A DNA stretch of 64,000 nt from Octopus vulgaris (taxonomy: Eukaryota): assembly GCA_951406725.2 (NCBI GenBank), contig OX597818.1, positions 82,274,001 through 82,338,000 on the forward strand, given 5' to 3'. The notes under the pieces are model-generated. The model ran no database searches, had not been told where the DNA came from, and saw nothing but the letters and a program-made list of their open reading frames with translations. Within the stretch, counting starts at the first letter, position 1. Each line of letters opens with the position of its first letter. The position numbers and the translations under genes were made by a program. Of this stretch, positions 28,290 to 42,900 are shown in pieces.

Positions 28290-28450
28290 ACTTATACATT
28301 TTACAACTGTACTTTATCATTTTTACCTGTATCATCTTATACATTATATAAGTGTACTATATAATTGTTTACCTGTATAACCTTATACATTATACATCTG
28401 TACTATACGATTTTACCTGTATTATACATTATACAACAGTACTACATAAT
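28290..28450. repeat. Minisatellite, ~40-45-bp unit
   Basis: tttacctgtat...ttatacattata...gtacta repeated 3-4 times. Confidence 0.75.
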
Positions 28451-29391
28451 TTATATTATATACAATAATACAGACATAATACTCACTAAACTAAAAAAAA
28501 AATTCTATGAAAATAGCTACGGAACGATCACCGTTATATAGACGTCACTGGTGAAATAAATATATTCATGTTATACCAGTTCTCTTTTTATTTTAGATGT
28601 GTGTGTGTGTATACATACATACATACAAACACATACACACACACATGTATCGATAGACAGAGACGGATAGATAGAAAAATAATAAATAAATGTATAATAT
28701 GTTCTATTGATATGTACAGACCCACGACAAGCCGTCACACTGACCATAATAGAAGCTTCACTATTATCCTAGAATACAACCATACGGATACGTATGTAGT
28801 CTGATGCTCACACGTAGAAGAATGCATATAGGCACAAAGGTGTATGCATAGAACTACTCGGATATAAATTGTTTAATATAAAAAAATGAAAATAGTATGA
28901 AAAATATGCCAGTAGCGCTTGCATGCGCTTACACAATAGCAAACAACGAAGCACACATATACACATATAGCGTTTACATATATGCATGCTTATACATAAA
29001 TATATATGCAGGCATATGTGTAAAACATCGTTCACATATTGTTGTATAGGTATATTCTAATATGCATATGTATTTATATATGTATATATCGCATTAATAT
29101 ACATACATATACATATACACACACACACTCATATATATATATATTTATATATATATATAATTATCTACTTATATATATGCATACACTTTTATATAAATAT
29201 ATATATATAGTAATATACTTATACATGTACATATCAATGTATGCGTATATGTATATATGAATATATAGATGTATACAAGAATACGTGTATATATATTATA
29301 TATATGTATACGTATACATATATGTGTGTGTATATATGTATACATACTTATATATCTATGTATGAATATATATGTATATACATACATACAT

Positions 29392-29431
<40 letters not shown>

Positions 29432-30428
29432 ATATATATATATATACATACATATATAATATATATTATATTGATATGTGGATACACGTGTTAGTGTTTT
29501 AGCGTGTATGGTTATATCTGATTGCATAGCTGATATATTATTTTTTTAATACCGATACATACAAAGATGGCGATAACTAGACAGACAAAAAGAGAATGAT
29601 GGCTCTTTGACATTATTGAGGCATTTGTCGATGTACTTGCATGTGAGTCTCTACCCGTTCATTCAACATTTAGAGATGTGCTTTATATTTGCTTCAGTGC
29701 ATTTGATGCATCAGTGATTACAGAGTTACCGTCTGACGTTTGGCGTTTGACATCTGTTCAATGTTCCTAATGAGACAGACTGCAGTTGTTGTCACTTTAA
29801 ATTGAATACTGCATGAATGATGTGGGAACTGCACCTCTGCGCTCTCTGTGTTCCTTGCTTTCTTTTCTACTCTGTGTCTCTGTCTTTACTTCCCTTTCTC
29901 CATAAATTCAGATATGTGGTTATGTATGTGTAGCTGTACATACATGCAAACGTTAGCATGAAGTTAGTTACGTAAATATATATATATATACATGTGTATA
30001 TAAGTGGATACATGCTTACATACATATATATATGTATACATATATATATATATATGTATACATATATATATATATACTAATATTAATGTGTGTGTATTTA
30101 TAGGCGTAAGTATATATACCTGCATGCATACACATACATACACATATACACACACACATATACACACACAATGGTTTTAATGCAACTGAAATATTCCTAA
30201 TATACCTTTGTTAAGTGTTACAATATAACATTTGACTGACGCTTTTTTTGTAGCCATAGTTTTAGCTTCATTATATAGCATTTGAAACAGTTAATCTGTG
30301 ATCGCTCTATCCAACGACAAAACGTCTGTTCGATGTGTCTAACGAGATGATATTATGGCCTTAAATGTCAATTCTAACGTAACATGCGAGAGACATCCTT
30401 GCATCGGAATGACACGAGCCTAACTTAC

Positions 30429-30438
30429 CTGTAGCCAT
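30429..30438 (-). other. Candidate start codon and splice donor (ATG GCT ACA G|gtaagt)
   Basis: Consensus donor CAG|GTAAGT directly after an ATG, inside ~1 kb of unique non-repeat sequence. Confidence 0.3.
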
Positions 30439-31199
30439 GGACAACTTTTCTCAATACAAATTTAAATTCTATACGAGCGCAAACTATATTCTTGTAGGAC
30501 TATTGCAAAGCGTGACAGTGCTAACGATCCGATATTTGTTCTTATTATCAATTTTGATTAGTTCTTCAACAAAAAGCAATTCATTTTCAACCCCCTATTG
30601 TGAATGATTTGGAAAATTGGTTGTCTTGATAATCTGAAGTCTCACATGATCCATTTGCTCAGGAGTTTCATAAAATAAAATTGTCTCTTTTGTGTTTACA
30701 TTTGCTAATTTCTTTAACTTCGCGTTAATTAGAGATAGATGAAATTGAATTATCGATTGCGTTTGTGTCGTAGCCTTCGTTCTCACTCTCCAGTACTCTG
30801 AAACTTTTGTCCCACAGCTAAGAGTATTCAAATTGTGTTGCCATTTGCAGCAAATATCGACCATGACAAAAGCAGAAAAGTGTGTTATTAACAAAGCGAT
30901 TATCATGTGGCTCTTATACGATATGTATGATTCTTCACTGACGACGTCGTTCTGTGCTGGTTTTCTTCGCGAAGTGTCATCAGTCTTTCGCATCATTTTC
31001 TTTTGAAATCAATATAGGTGGCGGCCGTAGTTTGTAAATTCTAGTACCGTAGGTTCTGACATCGAATATCTTTGGGAAAATAATTTCGAGCAACCACATA
31101 CTTCATTTCTCAACACAATGTGTACCCTCGCAGTTACACGTAGAAGATGAAAGACACACTGACTGACATTGTTACCCGACCGTCGTGTCGTGTCCCACT

Positions 31200-32190
31200 T
31201 TATGTTTGACTAAGGTGGAGCGAGTATTCTAGATGTTTTTGTGGAAGGAACGCATTGTACTAGTGAGGCGCTCCATTTATTATCAACATCCACAGAATGG
31301 AAGACTGGTTCCTGATGCGCATTCATATGCTGAGGCTACGATACCTTCAGCGTTTCCTTGGACGATAAGTATGTGTGGTCGCTGTTTGTCAGACCCGCTC
31401 TTCCGCATCTCGTGACTTTGACTGAGCTGTAGTCCTGGATCTAACAAATACCGAGGCAGGGCGCATGGCACCTAAAATGTTATCAGGCGCTCGCAGTCAT
31501 CCGGGTAATGCAGTCAGTAGAATTTCCAAATGCCGTGCTGTAAAAGGTGAGTGGCAGGTAAGTGCGACAACGTTCTTGACAAGACACAGGGTGGCGACAA
31601 AAACCAGCAGGCTGGTCTGTTTCGGAAAACTTAAAAGCTATGACCTCTGGTTACTTTCCAGAAATCGCTGTCCTGGTAGTACTATCGAGAAGCAGTGCTG
31701 CTTCGAGATAAACTCTACGAGCATGAAAATTCCGTCACTCGGGGTTGCCCGAGATTTGTGCTGAGCGACGTCCAGTGCCAGGGTAATGCTGGCTATTGGG
31801 TTTACGTCGAACACTCACTGTCATGTGTAGAACGCAACCGGCTGTCGGCTGAATCCATCGTGATAATCGTCCCACCGACTTACTCTGGCCAGAAAGGGCA
31901 GGCAATGTTTATTTGCTTCGTGGCCCAGATTGAAAGGGCTGGACAGATACTTGCCTCTTTCACCAAGCCATCAACTACTTGAAAAGGAAGGTGAAGGTGG
32001 GGAGGGATCTATTTCCTTCCAGCAATTTTATTGGAAGTTAGAAGATTGTGGCAAGAATGGTCCGACTGAACGTGCCTGCTCTACTAACGCATCTGTACAT
32101 TGAAATAAATCCATTTGGAGCTGCCACCTGCTCTAGTGGTCACTGTGAGCGTGGTTTTGAGGGTTCTCCATAAGCAACCCAAGGAAGTCT
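31200..32190 (+). mobile_element. L1/Tx1-clade LINE 3' fragment (zf-RVT region), decayed
   Basis: FQKSLSW*YYREAVLLRDKLYEHENSVTRGCPR...CQGNAGYWVYVEHSLS...LSAESIV resembles the L1/Tx1 ORF2 C-terminus; raised GC. Confidence 0.7.
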
Positions 32191-32859
32191 CCCTCTTCTG
32201 GGGATCTTTTCGTTGTTGAAATTTATATTGTTATCGTCTTTTAGTGTTCGGAAAAAATGCTTAGCAGCACTTTGTCCATCTGTACGTTCTGAGTTCAAAT
32301 TCGGCCAAGGTTAATTTTGATTTTCATCTTTACGGGAATCAATAAAATTAGTACCTGCTGAATACTGGAGTCAGTACAATCTATACTCCCTCACTCAACA
32401 TCTAATGCCTTGTGTTTATTGTAGAAAAGTTTATTATTTTTAACATTTGCTTCCATTCAACACAATGCTTTTCTTTCGGCTCTGAAGTTTTGGTTTTTAC
32501 ACGTGGTTTATAAATGGTTAAATCTTTCAGTTTAATGTGATTTTGTAATATTTGCTGAGAATGGTGTGTATTATTTCCTCTTTTTATCGTTTAGGGTAAT
32601 AAATATTTTGCTTTTTGCTTTTGCATCGACTTGGTTTTATCCTATTCCCTGGCATAACATAAACATTAAGTGGACAGTACGAGAACGCGGAGCATACATA
32701 TGCCTAATTAATGAATAAAATGCTTATACTTAATTAAGATATGAAAAGGAATTATAAATGGGAATGTAAACATTTAATTAAGATAATGATTTACTTGGTG
32801 TTATTTGAAATTGTTTTGCTAAACATATATTTTTCTATTTACGTGTGCCTTTCATATTT

Positions 32860-33061
32860 TATTTTTTCCTTGATTCATTGCTTGGACTGCGGCCATTCAA
32901 GGGCCCCGCTTTGATGTCGACCCAAAGAGTTAAAATTTTTTTTAAATCTCGTACTTAGTTATTCTATTGGTAAATTACAGCGACGTTAACAAGCCAACAT
33001 CAGTTGTCAAGCGGTGGCATGTACGGTCAAACATAGCACAAAGACATAAACACATATACTC

Positions 33062-33131
<70 letters not shown>

Positions 33132-33290
33132 GGCTTTCTCATAGTTGCCGTTTTCTAATTTCTCTAGCAAGGTATTGGTCAGGCCGGGTCCATGGTAGGA
33201 ACCACTTGCACAATGTACTGCGCAAAAGAGCTGAACTCCAAACAACTTGGTTGCATAGAGAGGTTCTTAATCGCATAGCCATGCCTATGT
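32860..33290 (-). mobile_element. SINE family B, old copy
   Basis: gactgcggccatt...gttgtcaagcggtgg...(CA)n...cttgcacaatgtactgcgca. Confidence 0.65.
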
Positions 33291-34094
33291 GTTTTCAAAT
33301 ATATTTTAACATACCTCTCACTTAAATGTGTGACATCTAAAACTTCTACAAGCTTCTTCTTTCTCTAACTTTTTTGTCCCAATGTGGAACATCTTTATAG
33401 AAAACCTATTCAACGTAAACTATATTCCATTGTATTTCTTCGAGCCGTTAAAGCTATTTCTAAATCTAGATACTGAAATAACAAAAGCTCCTTCAGCATG
33501 AAATATCTTTATAATATAACGAAATAATAGAAATATCTGTGGTACTATCCAATAAAAATATTTATCTAATATTATTGCCTTCAGCAGTTTATAAAAGTCT
33601 TTACTTAAAAGGTTTGACATTTCCAGTTTATAAACATTATCTGTCAAATCTGCTGAGTATTAAAGATTATATTTTATATCTCAGGAGTATAGACTTTATT
33701 TCTTATATTTCTTTATTTATACACCCGAGGTAGCAGGTTTAAGATGGAAAAGATTGATTATTATATATTCCATAAATAGTTTCGTCACCTTTCCGATATT
33801 TGATAGACGAATAAATACAGTAACAAGCAACTTGTTTAAGTTGATATTTTCGCTTCGTATCAAATCAGCTTCGAACATGCAAACCTATTAAGAAATGTGC
33901 TCAGCCGTACCATCCCTTCTTTTTCTGCGTGTAAGAAAACTGGGGCTATACTCTACAGACTGTCTTCTAAGAAGACATTAAGATATGACCCGAGAGAGAT
34001 CTGGTAATGACTGTACTCGATGATTCGATTGGCTGCTCGTTAGTTCGTTTAACCTAACTAGCTGACTTGTGTTGCGCACCAGCTGCAATAATAT

Positions 34095-34730
34095 TGATTT
34101 CAAATGTTGGCACAAGACCAGCAATTTCAGTAGCTGATGTGGTACGCCGATTACATCGATCCCAGTGCTCAGTGGTAGATATGTTATCGACTCTGAAGGA
34201 ATGAAATACAAAAGTCGACTCCGGCGGAATTTGAACTTAAAACGTAAAGTCAGAGAAAAATGCCGCGAAGAATTTTGTTCGACGCGTTAACGATTCAACC
34301 GGTTCGCTGCCTTAAACGAAGTGTAATATTATTGTAGCTTATTTTTAAGAGAGTAAAACTAATGTACCTCGAATATCACACGAAAGGCGTAAACAATCTT
34401 CAACTATATTCAATCAACCTCATTGATCTTCAGCATTATTTACATAAATGACGACCGTCATTTCATGACGACAACACTTGTAGACAGCACCACAGTATTG
34501 CTTGCCTAATTTTGGTATCAAATTTTGGCACAAGGTTAGTAATTTGGCGTCAAAACGTTAGTCGATTACATCGACCCCGGTGCTCAGCTGGTTTTTAGTG
34601 TATCAACCCCGAAAAGATGAGATGTAAAGTGAACCTCGGTGGAATGTGAACTCTGAACATAAAGACGACTGAAAAGAGGCTAAGCATTTTGCCCGGCGTC
34701 CTAGCGATTCTGCCAGCTCACCTCCTTCAT
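34095..34730 (-). mobile_element. Two SINE family A copies (34095-34315, 34515-34730)
   Basis: Both carry reverse-complement family A motifs (cggaatttgaact / ggaatgtgaactctgaac, ttacatcga). Confidence 0.8.
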
Positions 34731-34824
34731 TACTTATGTAAGATGAGTGTCAAATTTTGACACAAAGCCAGCATTACCTATATCGTATTAGCTATGCAAT
34801 ATCACATAGACAGCAATGACGGTA

Positions 34825-35000
34825 ACCGTCCCCTTCGGTTACGAATGACCATGGGATTGTACATAGAAAGTTACCCTCCGGGGCATAAATCTGTGTAAGA
34901 TTGTTTATGGAAGACCAGCAGTCACCCATGCATACCGGGCTGTCCTCTCCATACCAACGATGCTATCCAAAGGAAGGGATAAGACCGATACAGCTTGGCC
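34825..35000 (-). mobile_element. SINE family C 3' part (RTE-like tail)
   Basis: ttcggttacgaatgaccatgggattgtac...cagcagtcacccatgcatacc is the reverse complement of 4580-4685. Confidence 0.75.
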
Positions 35001-35346
35001 AAAAACATTATAAATTGTCACCTGACCGGAGATATCAGGACACATCAGCAAGTAATTTATTTGCTGAGTTCCATAACTAAGAGACGCAATTCTTGCATAG
35101 ATTCATTAATCCTGGCAATTTATGACTGATGTGACGTAACCCGGTGGAATCAAAACACTGCGTTGTCTCGATAAATCGAATGTGTTGTGAGCTAACATCG
35201 TCCGAAAAGTGAAGCTGTTCTCTGTAGAGAATCGTATTAGGAATACATATGTATTTCAGTATAAATAGGCTACTTTCTTTTAAAATTACCCCGCCGATGC
35301 CAAGAACAAATGCTTATAAGTCACACATGTGTTTGTATGTGTGTGT

Positions 35347-35394
<48 letters not shown>

Positions 35395-36049
35395 AGCAAA
35401 GCTGCATCGCTATCAGAATAATTGTATCTTTTCGATGGTGTTTATGGGCCCTGCATTGTTTAGCCAGGCCACCTAACATTTCCTGTTTAAGCAGATAGTC
35501 AGACTTGTGATGACATGTTAAAATGATATGAATGCTTTGAAGTAAAATTGTTTTATGTGCAGCTACTGAAATAATCTCAACACTGTCGCTATCACACAAC
35601 AAAGAGAAAACGAACATCTTAATGAAGAGAGTAAAAGAACAGCACAAATATACACTAACACAACCACGCAATAAACAGGCAAACACACAAATCCGCACAC
35701 ATACACACATATATTCTCTCTGTCACTGTATTTCACACACAGGAATTGCGAAGACAACTACATTGCAGGTTTATGCATTTAATAAAATATAATTAACTCA
35801 AAGAGACTATTCAATGGAAAATGCAAATTAAGTTAGTGTTAACATTCATAATGCGCAGAGAAGCAAATACTAACTAAAAATGGATGAAGAATATAAAGAG
35901 ATGAAATATATGGCTTTAAAGAACATATTTTATTCAACAAATAACCTTATTTCATTATATGAAAGATATACAAAGTTAATGCAATGCTCTACTTTGTATA
36001 AAGTATACAAAGGTTCTGTAAAACATGTAACTTCTAAGTAGTTATATTT

Positions 36050-36305
36050 ACTCTTTTATTTGTTTCATTTTTCTATCACTATCTTTGGCCGAACTGATAT
36101 GTTTCCGGGACGTAAGCACACAAAAACCGTATAGATATATATATGCGACGAGCTTCTCTCAAATTCCGTCAAACAAATACTCTAACAAAGTTATGGTCAG
36201 GCAAAAAGTTATTGAAGGAGACACGTGTCCAAGGTGTCATGCAGTGAACCTGGAACTGCGTTGTTTGTAAGCAACCTTCTTCACACACTATCACGCCTGC
36301 ACCTA
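36050..36305 (-). mobile_element. SINE family B, degenerate
   Basis: Residual similarity to the family B head and body. Confidence 0.6.
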
Positions 36306-36444
36306 CATTGATATATATATTCCAAAGTCGGCAGTAGTTATAAATATATACACACACATATATATGCGAATGGTTTTCTTAAGCAGTGTCGATTTTTATA
36401 ATTCTATGAATAATAATATTTTATAAGCTTAAAGCTTATATATA

Positions 36445-36675
36445 TTTCTTTACTGCTCACAAGGGGCTAAATATAGAGGGGACAAACAAGGACAGACAAA
36501 GGTATTAAATCGGTTACTTCGACCCCAGTGCGAAACTGTTACTTTATTTATCGACCCCGAAAGGATGAAAGGCAAAGTCGACCTCGGCGGAATTTGAACT
36601 CAGAACGTAACGACAGACGAAATACCGCTAACAATTTCGCCAGGCGTGCCATCGTTTCTGCCAGCTCATCGCCAT
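36445..36675 (-). mobile_element. SINE family A, full length
   Basis: Reverse complement of 17050-17282. Confidence 0.9.
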
Positions 36676-37027
36676 ATATAAGCTTAAAGCTTATAGCGAT
36701 CACCACGCAATGACTAACGAAAATAGTCTAATAATTGGGCCCTCGACTGAAATAGTTAGGTTTTCCTGCATGCGTGGGACTCGTACCCACACATGTTTGT
36801 TTACGCGACTAAGTGCGCTACCGATTAAACCAACCTGCTTTTTTATCTGTCAGATTCCCTTTACACAAATTATTCATAGAACTAATAAAGATTTAATTTC
36901 AAGTGGGAATACAAATATACACACATACCCCATGAACGAACGCATCCAGGCATCACTAAAATATGCACACACATACACATATACTTACGTTCAAATGTAT
37001 ATATGTGTCTGCTTGCATAAATATACA

Positions 37028-37093
<66 letters not shown>

Positions 37094-37113
37094 TAAATAC
37101 ATATATATACACG

Positions 37114-37164
<51 letters not shown>

Positions 37165-37950
37165 GCTTTCAACGACTAACTGAATCGTAACGGTGCCGTC
37201 ATGTTATGCAACGTATCTTGAATTTCAAGACAGAGTGGATCCCATGGCTATCCACTTCAATCATAAACACTCCTATTATTCATGCTTTGTGTGTGTGTGT
37301 GTGTGTGTGTGCGTGTGTGTGCGCGCCGACGTGGGTGTGTGTGCGTGCATTTGTGTACAAGTGTGTGAGGACGAATTCCCTCGTGTCTCAGATCTTTATC
37401 ATCATCTCAATTCCCAAAACAACAAAGAAACGCAATATTTAGTCTCGAACAGAATTTTAAAAAAATAAATCTAACATCACAAAGAGAAAATGATCTAAGG
37501 CCAAATAGAAAGAGATCCCTATGGCAAACAAAGAAAATTACAAAAAAAGAAGAAAAAAATCTATAAATAAGAGAACACACAAATAAACTACTAAGTAACA
37601 AACATCTGTACAAGATATTTTCATAGCTATTGATAATGTGTAGACATCGCTTTTACGCAGAAATAAGAATCAACAAAATACAGCAGGGTAATAGACTCTG
37701 AAATGGCAGGATCATGCTGATGGTTCATGAAGAGAAATTCGTTAACATCTCACACTAAGCAGTCTGGCAGTATTGGATTACACTTCTTAGTCTTGCTTGC
37801 AATTTCCACTTGTAAGGGAAATATGACGAAAACAAATAGTAAATTCGAATCTGAGCTGCACTGTTAATACCTGGAGGGCATAGAATAGATAGATAAATAG
37901 GTAAATGGATATATAAATAGATAAAGAAATAGATCGATAGACAGATAGAT

Positions 37951-38030
<80 letters not shown>

Positions 38031-38475
38031 GGGCGTTCAGAAGTCTCATAATAAAGATGGCGGCGCTGAAAGCAATAAATGTAGATATATGCGTACATGA
38101 ACATTAACACAAACGTATGCTTAACTCAAAATTCAAACAAACTATGTATGACCACAAATGCGTTGATAGCATTTGACGAGTTTAAGGTAACTGTAGATGT
38201 GGACATAGAGTAGAATCGTACATGTAGCTTCATATATATACATACATACGTACGGACATATATATGTATGTATATATATCATTATATATATACATGCATA
38301 CAAACACACATATATATGTACATATATACATATATATATATACATACACACGTATACACATATACATATGTGTGGGCGTATGTGTTTGTACGTCAGTTTG
38401 CTTGAGTGTGTAATTGCGTAAGCATTTGTATAAATACATGCATGCATGTGCGTATATATATATGTGTGTGTATAC

Positions 38476-38521
<46 letters not shown>

Positions 38522-39735
38522 TTGTATATATATATATGTATGTGTGTGTGTGTGTGTGTACGTATGTATGTATTATACGCATACATATACGTATACGGGA
38601 ATGCATATGCACCTATGTGCATATAGGTGTGTATTTGTTCATTTGCAAGGTAATTCCACAGCAAATAATGTGTGATGTGCGATGATTTATTCACTTTTGT
38701 GTTTTGTAGTCATGCTTTACATTTAGTTTAAATTCATAAAATGCGTTTTGCGTTCAATCCTCGATTAGTTCCTGAAAATACAAATGTTTAAATATTTCGA
38801 AAAAGGGCACAAAAATGCATGCACTACAATTAATGAATTTATATACGTAAATTATTTTGAAAATAAAGAAAATTAATGTCTCTTAATTAAATTTAAGAAT
38901 TAGTTATTGGTAGATTTAAGAATGTATCTCTATTAATTTTCACTATTATAAATGAGATATCTTAAGGTTTTCACTCCAAATTATTATCCTCTTAATAATG
39001 CTAAACAATTGTGTGCGAGAGATAAAAAAACTGATGTCTGTCACGTGTTTGAGATGGCCAACATGATAGAAAAATATCTGACAAACTCCTAAATACATTC
39101 TGATAACAATCCTTTATCATCTAGGATTATGTATTTATCTTTCCTCATTTAATTAACGAGAATTTTCGTGAAATCTAAACTTAATGCTTATTACGACTGC
39201 AATTATATCATTATTGATTAAAACAATAATTGATTAAAATATTACATGCGGTAGTCGATGCAGAACTATGATTTACACGGGTATGAGTATTCTTTGGTAG
39301 AGCCGTTTTGGCGATGCTTATATGGCGTAGCTGATTCGACACTGACGTATTGGACACCAGTAGTTTTCATGTTCTTCTTATTCTCTCACCCTCTCTCTCG
39401 CTTTCTCTCTATTTCTCTCTCTTTATCCATATGCATTCGAACATCTGACTATATATGTATGTAATATTTCTCTCTACTTCCTTGTTTCTCATTCTCTCCT
39501 AAGGTCCCTCTATCTCTCTGCGTTTACATAATTCTGTGCGAACGCGTCCGTGTGTATCTTCAGTGTCAAAAAGTACTGTCAACACATGTTTAATATCAGG
39601 TCAGCTATACCATAGCTCTAGCATCTGTTCAGCTGCGCATTATGCTTTCATTCTGGTACACAGTGCAGTAAATATCTCTGGGAAAATTTTCCTGCACCAT
39701 TTTAAATTGCCAAATAATTTAATATTTTCCACATA

Positions 39736-39902
39736 TAGGCACAGCAGTGGCTGTGTGGTAAGTAGCTTGCTTACCAACCATATGGTCCCGGGTTCAGTCC
39801 CGCTGCGTAGCACTTTGAGCAAGTATCTTCTACTATAGCCTCGGGCCGAATAAAGTCTTGTGAGTGGACTTGGTAGACGGAAACTGAAAGAAGCCTGTCG
39901 TG

Positions 39903-39935
<33 letters not shown>

Positions 39936-40140
39936 CTCTGTTTGTCCTCCCAACATCGCTTGACAACTGATGCTGGTGTGTTCAAGTCCCCGTAACTTAG
40001 TGGTTAGGCAAAAGAGACCGATAGAATAAGTACTAGACTTACAAAGTCCTGGGGTCGATTTGCTCGACTAAAGGCAGTGCTCCAGCATGGCCGCAGTCAA
40101 ATGACTGAAAAAAGTAAAAGAATAAAAGAGTAAAGAGAGT
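39736..40140 (+). mobile_element. tRNA-derived SINE family B, full length
   Basis: A-box TGGCTGTGTGG, B-box GGTTCAGTCC, internal (TA)n(TG)n, tail of (taaaaga)-like repeats. Confidence 0.92.
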
Positions 40141-40169
40141 GTTATTCTTCCCTCGCTAGTTCTAAGGTT

Positions 40170-41116
40170 CTAAGGTCTTTTAAAAAATGAATAAGACAAT
40201 ATCTAATCTAAACAACTCTAATAATGGTTTCAGATGTGTCAAAAGGAACAGTCAGAAATGTCTACAAAGACATCAGACATAAGTCATATATGATGAGGAA
40301 AGGTCAATTTGTCATAAAAAAAACAAAGAAAGTCATTACATCAGATCAAAAAGGCTCTAAAGCAGATCTTAAACAAACTGAAAAATGCAGCAGAAGAAGA
40401 TCTGATTTAGTTTTCTTCAAACGAGTAGAACTTCGACCAAGATCAAAAAGTTAACAGAAAAAATAACAGATAGTTATGTGCAGACCCTTCTGAAGTTCCA
40501 AGTGTTATGCATACAAATTCCCTTCAACTCTAATTGTTTTAGAGTTTGTCAGCAATGAAAGGACATGTGATGCCTCCTTACATCCTAACACAAGGCCTTG
40601 GAGTTAACTCAGCCGTCTACATTGAGGTCCTGGAAATAATTGTTAAGCCCTGAACAGACAGTGCATGCAATGGAAGGCCATATCTGTTTCAGTAAGACTC
40701 TGCAATTCTGCACTATCACGCATGTCTCTAGTAACACAGGAATGGATGACTGAAAATTTTCATGATCACATAATATTTGGCCTTATACTTCCCCAGATCT
40801 CAATCCATTGGACTATTACATATGGAGCGTTGTTGAGAGAGAGGTCAATGAATACGCCCACAAGACCAAAGATTCTTTGAAATCTGCCATTGTCAGAGTA
40901 GTGTCCAAAACGAACCAGGACCACTTGATTCGAGCATGTAGATGAATTAGATCTTATATAGAAGCAGTTGTTGAAGCTGAAGGTGGCTTTATTGAATAAC
41001 ATTATAAAAGAGAAGGTTTATTTTTTATCGTCATAGCATTTTTTGATAAAGTTATCTGTTATTATATATGTTTTTTTTATAAACATAAATCTTCCTCAAA
41101 TATCTTACGCATCCTG
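40170..41116 (+). mobile_element. Tc1/mariner-superfamily transposon, probably maT/DD37D type; 5'-truncated pseudogene
   Basis: NFDQDQKVNRKN..LCADPSEVPSVMH, YLFQ*DSA, WPYTSPDLNPLDYYIW, EAVVEAEGGFIE*; terminus catcctg followed by TA. Confidence 0.85.
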
Positions 41117-41137
41117 TATACATACATACATTCATAG

Positions 41138-41216
<79 letters not shown>

Positions 41217-41719
41217 CACTCAATCACATACACACACACATACATTCAGAAGATAGATTTGCTTCGATTTCGTACAAATTAAAATGTTTTTGAATCGACG
41301 CTGTTAAACCTATCTTGTTTCCTCGTGTTTCGTTCGGTCATGGATCGCTAGCGCACTTGTAGATAACAATCGAATTTGAATTTCTAAATTTACAGCAGAC
41401 GAAGCAGATTCAATTTCGAAAATACATATCGTTAGGTGTTGATGATATAAATAATAAATCGCTCTCTTGAGAGCAAGCAGTTTTTAAGAGAAACATAATA
41501 TCTTACAATGTTCAGCAGACGAGGTAAATGGATATTATAAGTCAACAAGTGAGAGAAAGAATTGAATACACAAAACTGTTTTCATTGATATGTGTTGCAT
41601 ATGTGTATTTGTATTGTCTCCATACAGAAAGGAAGAAAAACCATCCATCATAATCAAATGATTGCCCTCGCATACATAGACATAAATATACATAGCAACA
41701 AATCAACACACACACACAC

Positions 41720-41930
41720 GTTCTTTTATTCTTTTATTCCTTTCCTGGTTTCAGTCATTTGACTGTGACCATGCTGGAGCACTGCCGTTTATTCGAAGGC
41801 ATCAAACGCTGGACTTATTCTTTGTAAGCCTGGTGCATATTCTATCGGTAACTTATGCCGAACCGCTAAGTGATGGGTACATAAAATCACCAACATCAGT
41901 TGTCAAGCGATTGTGGGGAGGAGACACACA
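41720..41930 (-). mobile_element. SINE family B, 3' half
   Basis: ttcagtcatttgactgtgaccatgctggagcac...gccgaaccgctaag. Confidence 0.8.
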
Positions 41931-41972
41931 CACACACCCTCATGTTGACATATAAGTACTTACATATATTCA

Positions 41973-42027
<55 letters not shown>

Positions 42028-42132
42028 ATATCTATCTATCTATCTATATCTATCTATCTATCTACCTATGTATCTATCTAATTATCTTTCTATATATCTA
42101 TCTATCTATATGTCTGTCTTTCTGTCTATCTG

Positions 42133-42230
<98 letters not shown>

Positions 42231-42900
42231 CAGACCCTACGATTACTATTTATTCCAAAAAGTTCGATTTTTGTCTCATCAGACCAAAGTACATTCTTCT
42301 AATCATCTTAAGAGTCATTTAGGTGAGCACTAGCAAATTTCAATCGAGCCTTAATGTGGGCTTTCCTTAGCAGAGGGACTTTTCGAGTACTGCATGATTT
42401 TAAGCCGGCTCGGCGGAGTGTTTCCAATTCGTTTTTGGTGTCTGATGTTCCTGCAGCTAGGAGGTAATTCAGAAGCTCTTCTAGAGTAGTTGTTCTGGAC
42501 GGTACTTAATAAATGTGTTGTTGCACGAGGGGATGTTTTACAGGGAGCTCCAAATTGAGGACGAGTCGTAGTGATATTATCTGTTTTCCATTTAGCAACT
42601 AAAGTTGTTAACTTCTCTTCCAGTTGTTGACTTATCTTCCGATAGCCAAATCCAGCTTTGTGCAGTTTAATGATATGGTCTCTACGATCTTTAGACAACT
42701 CTTTGGTGATGATGAAGGTAATTGATTTAATTTGTTAAATACTCTGAAAGAAACAAGATTGTTTTAAATACAGTATATAGTTAGATTTGTTAAATTAGAT
42801 TTCATCTAATATATTGATATTGTATATTTACTTTGAATAAATATTCCTGTATTTGGTCAAATTGCACTCTTGTCAATGTATCAAATACTTATTTCCCATA
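42231..42900 (-). mobile_element. Tc1 transposon 5' fragment
   Basis: KELSKDRRDHIIKLHKAGFGYRKISQQL paired-like HTH; RKVPLLRKAHIKARLKFA..VLWSDETKIELFG in a shifted frame. Confidence 0.85.

Noticed and set aside
28290-28450. Regularly spaced repeats resembling a CRISPR array
   Set aside because: Contiguous minisatellite with no unique spacers and no cas genes, in eukaryotic DNA.
30595-30996. 133-aa non-repetitive ORF as a standalone gene
   Set aside because: No recognisable domain and stops follow in frame; kept only as a possible uORF.
33300-33800. Possible old LINE fragment (minus)
   Set aside because: Only vague compositional resemblance.
39736-39815. tRNA-like A and B boxes as tRNA genes
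   Set aside because: They are SINE heads that continue into SINE bodies and lack a full cloverleaf.
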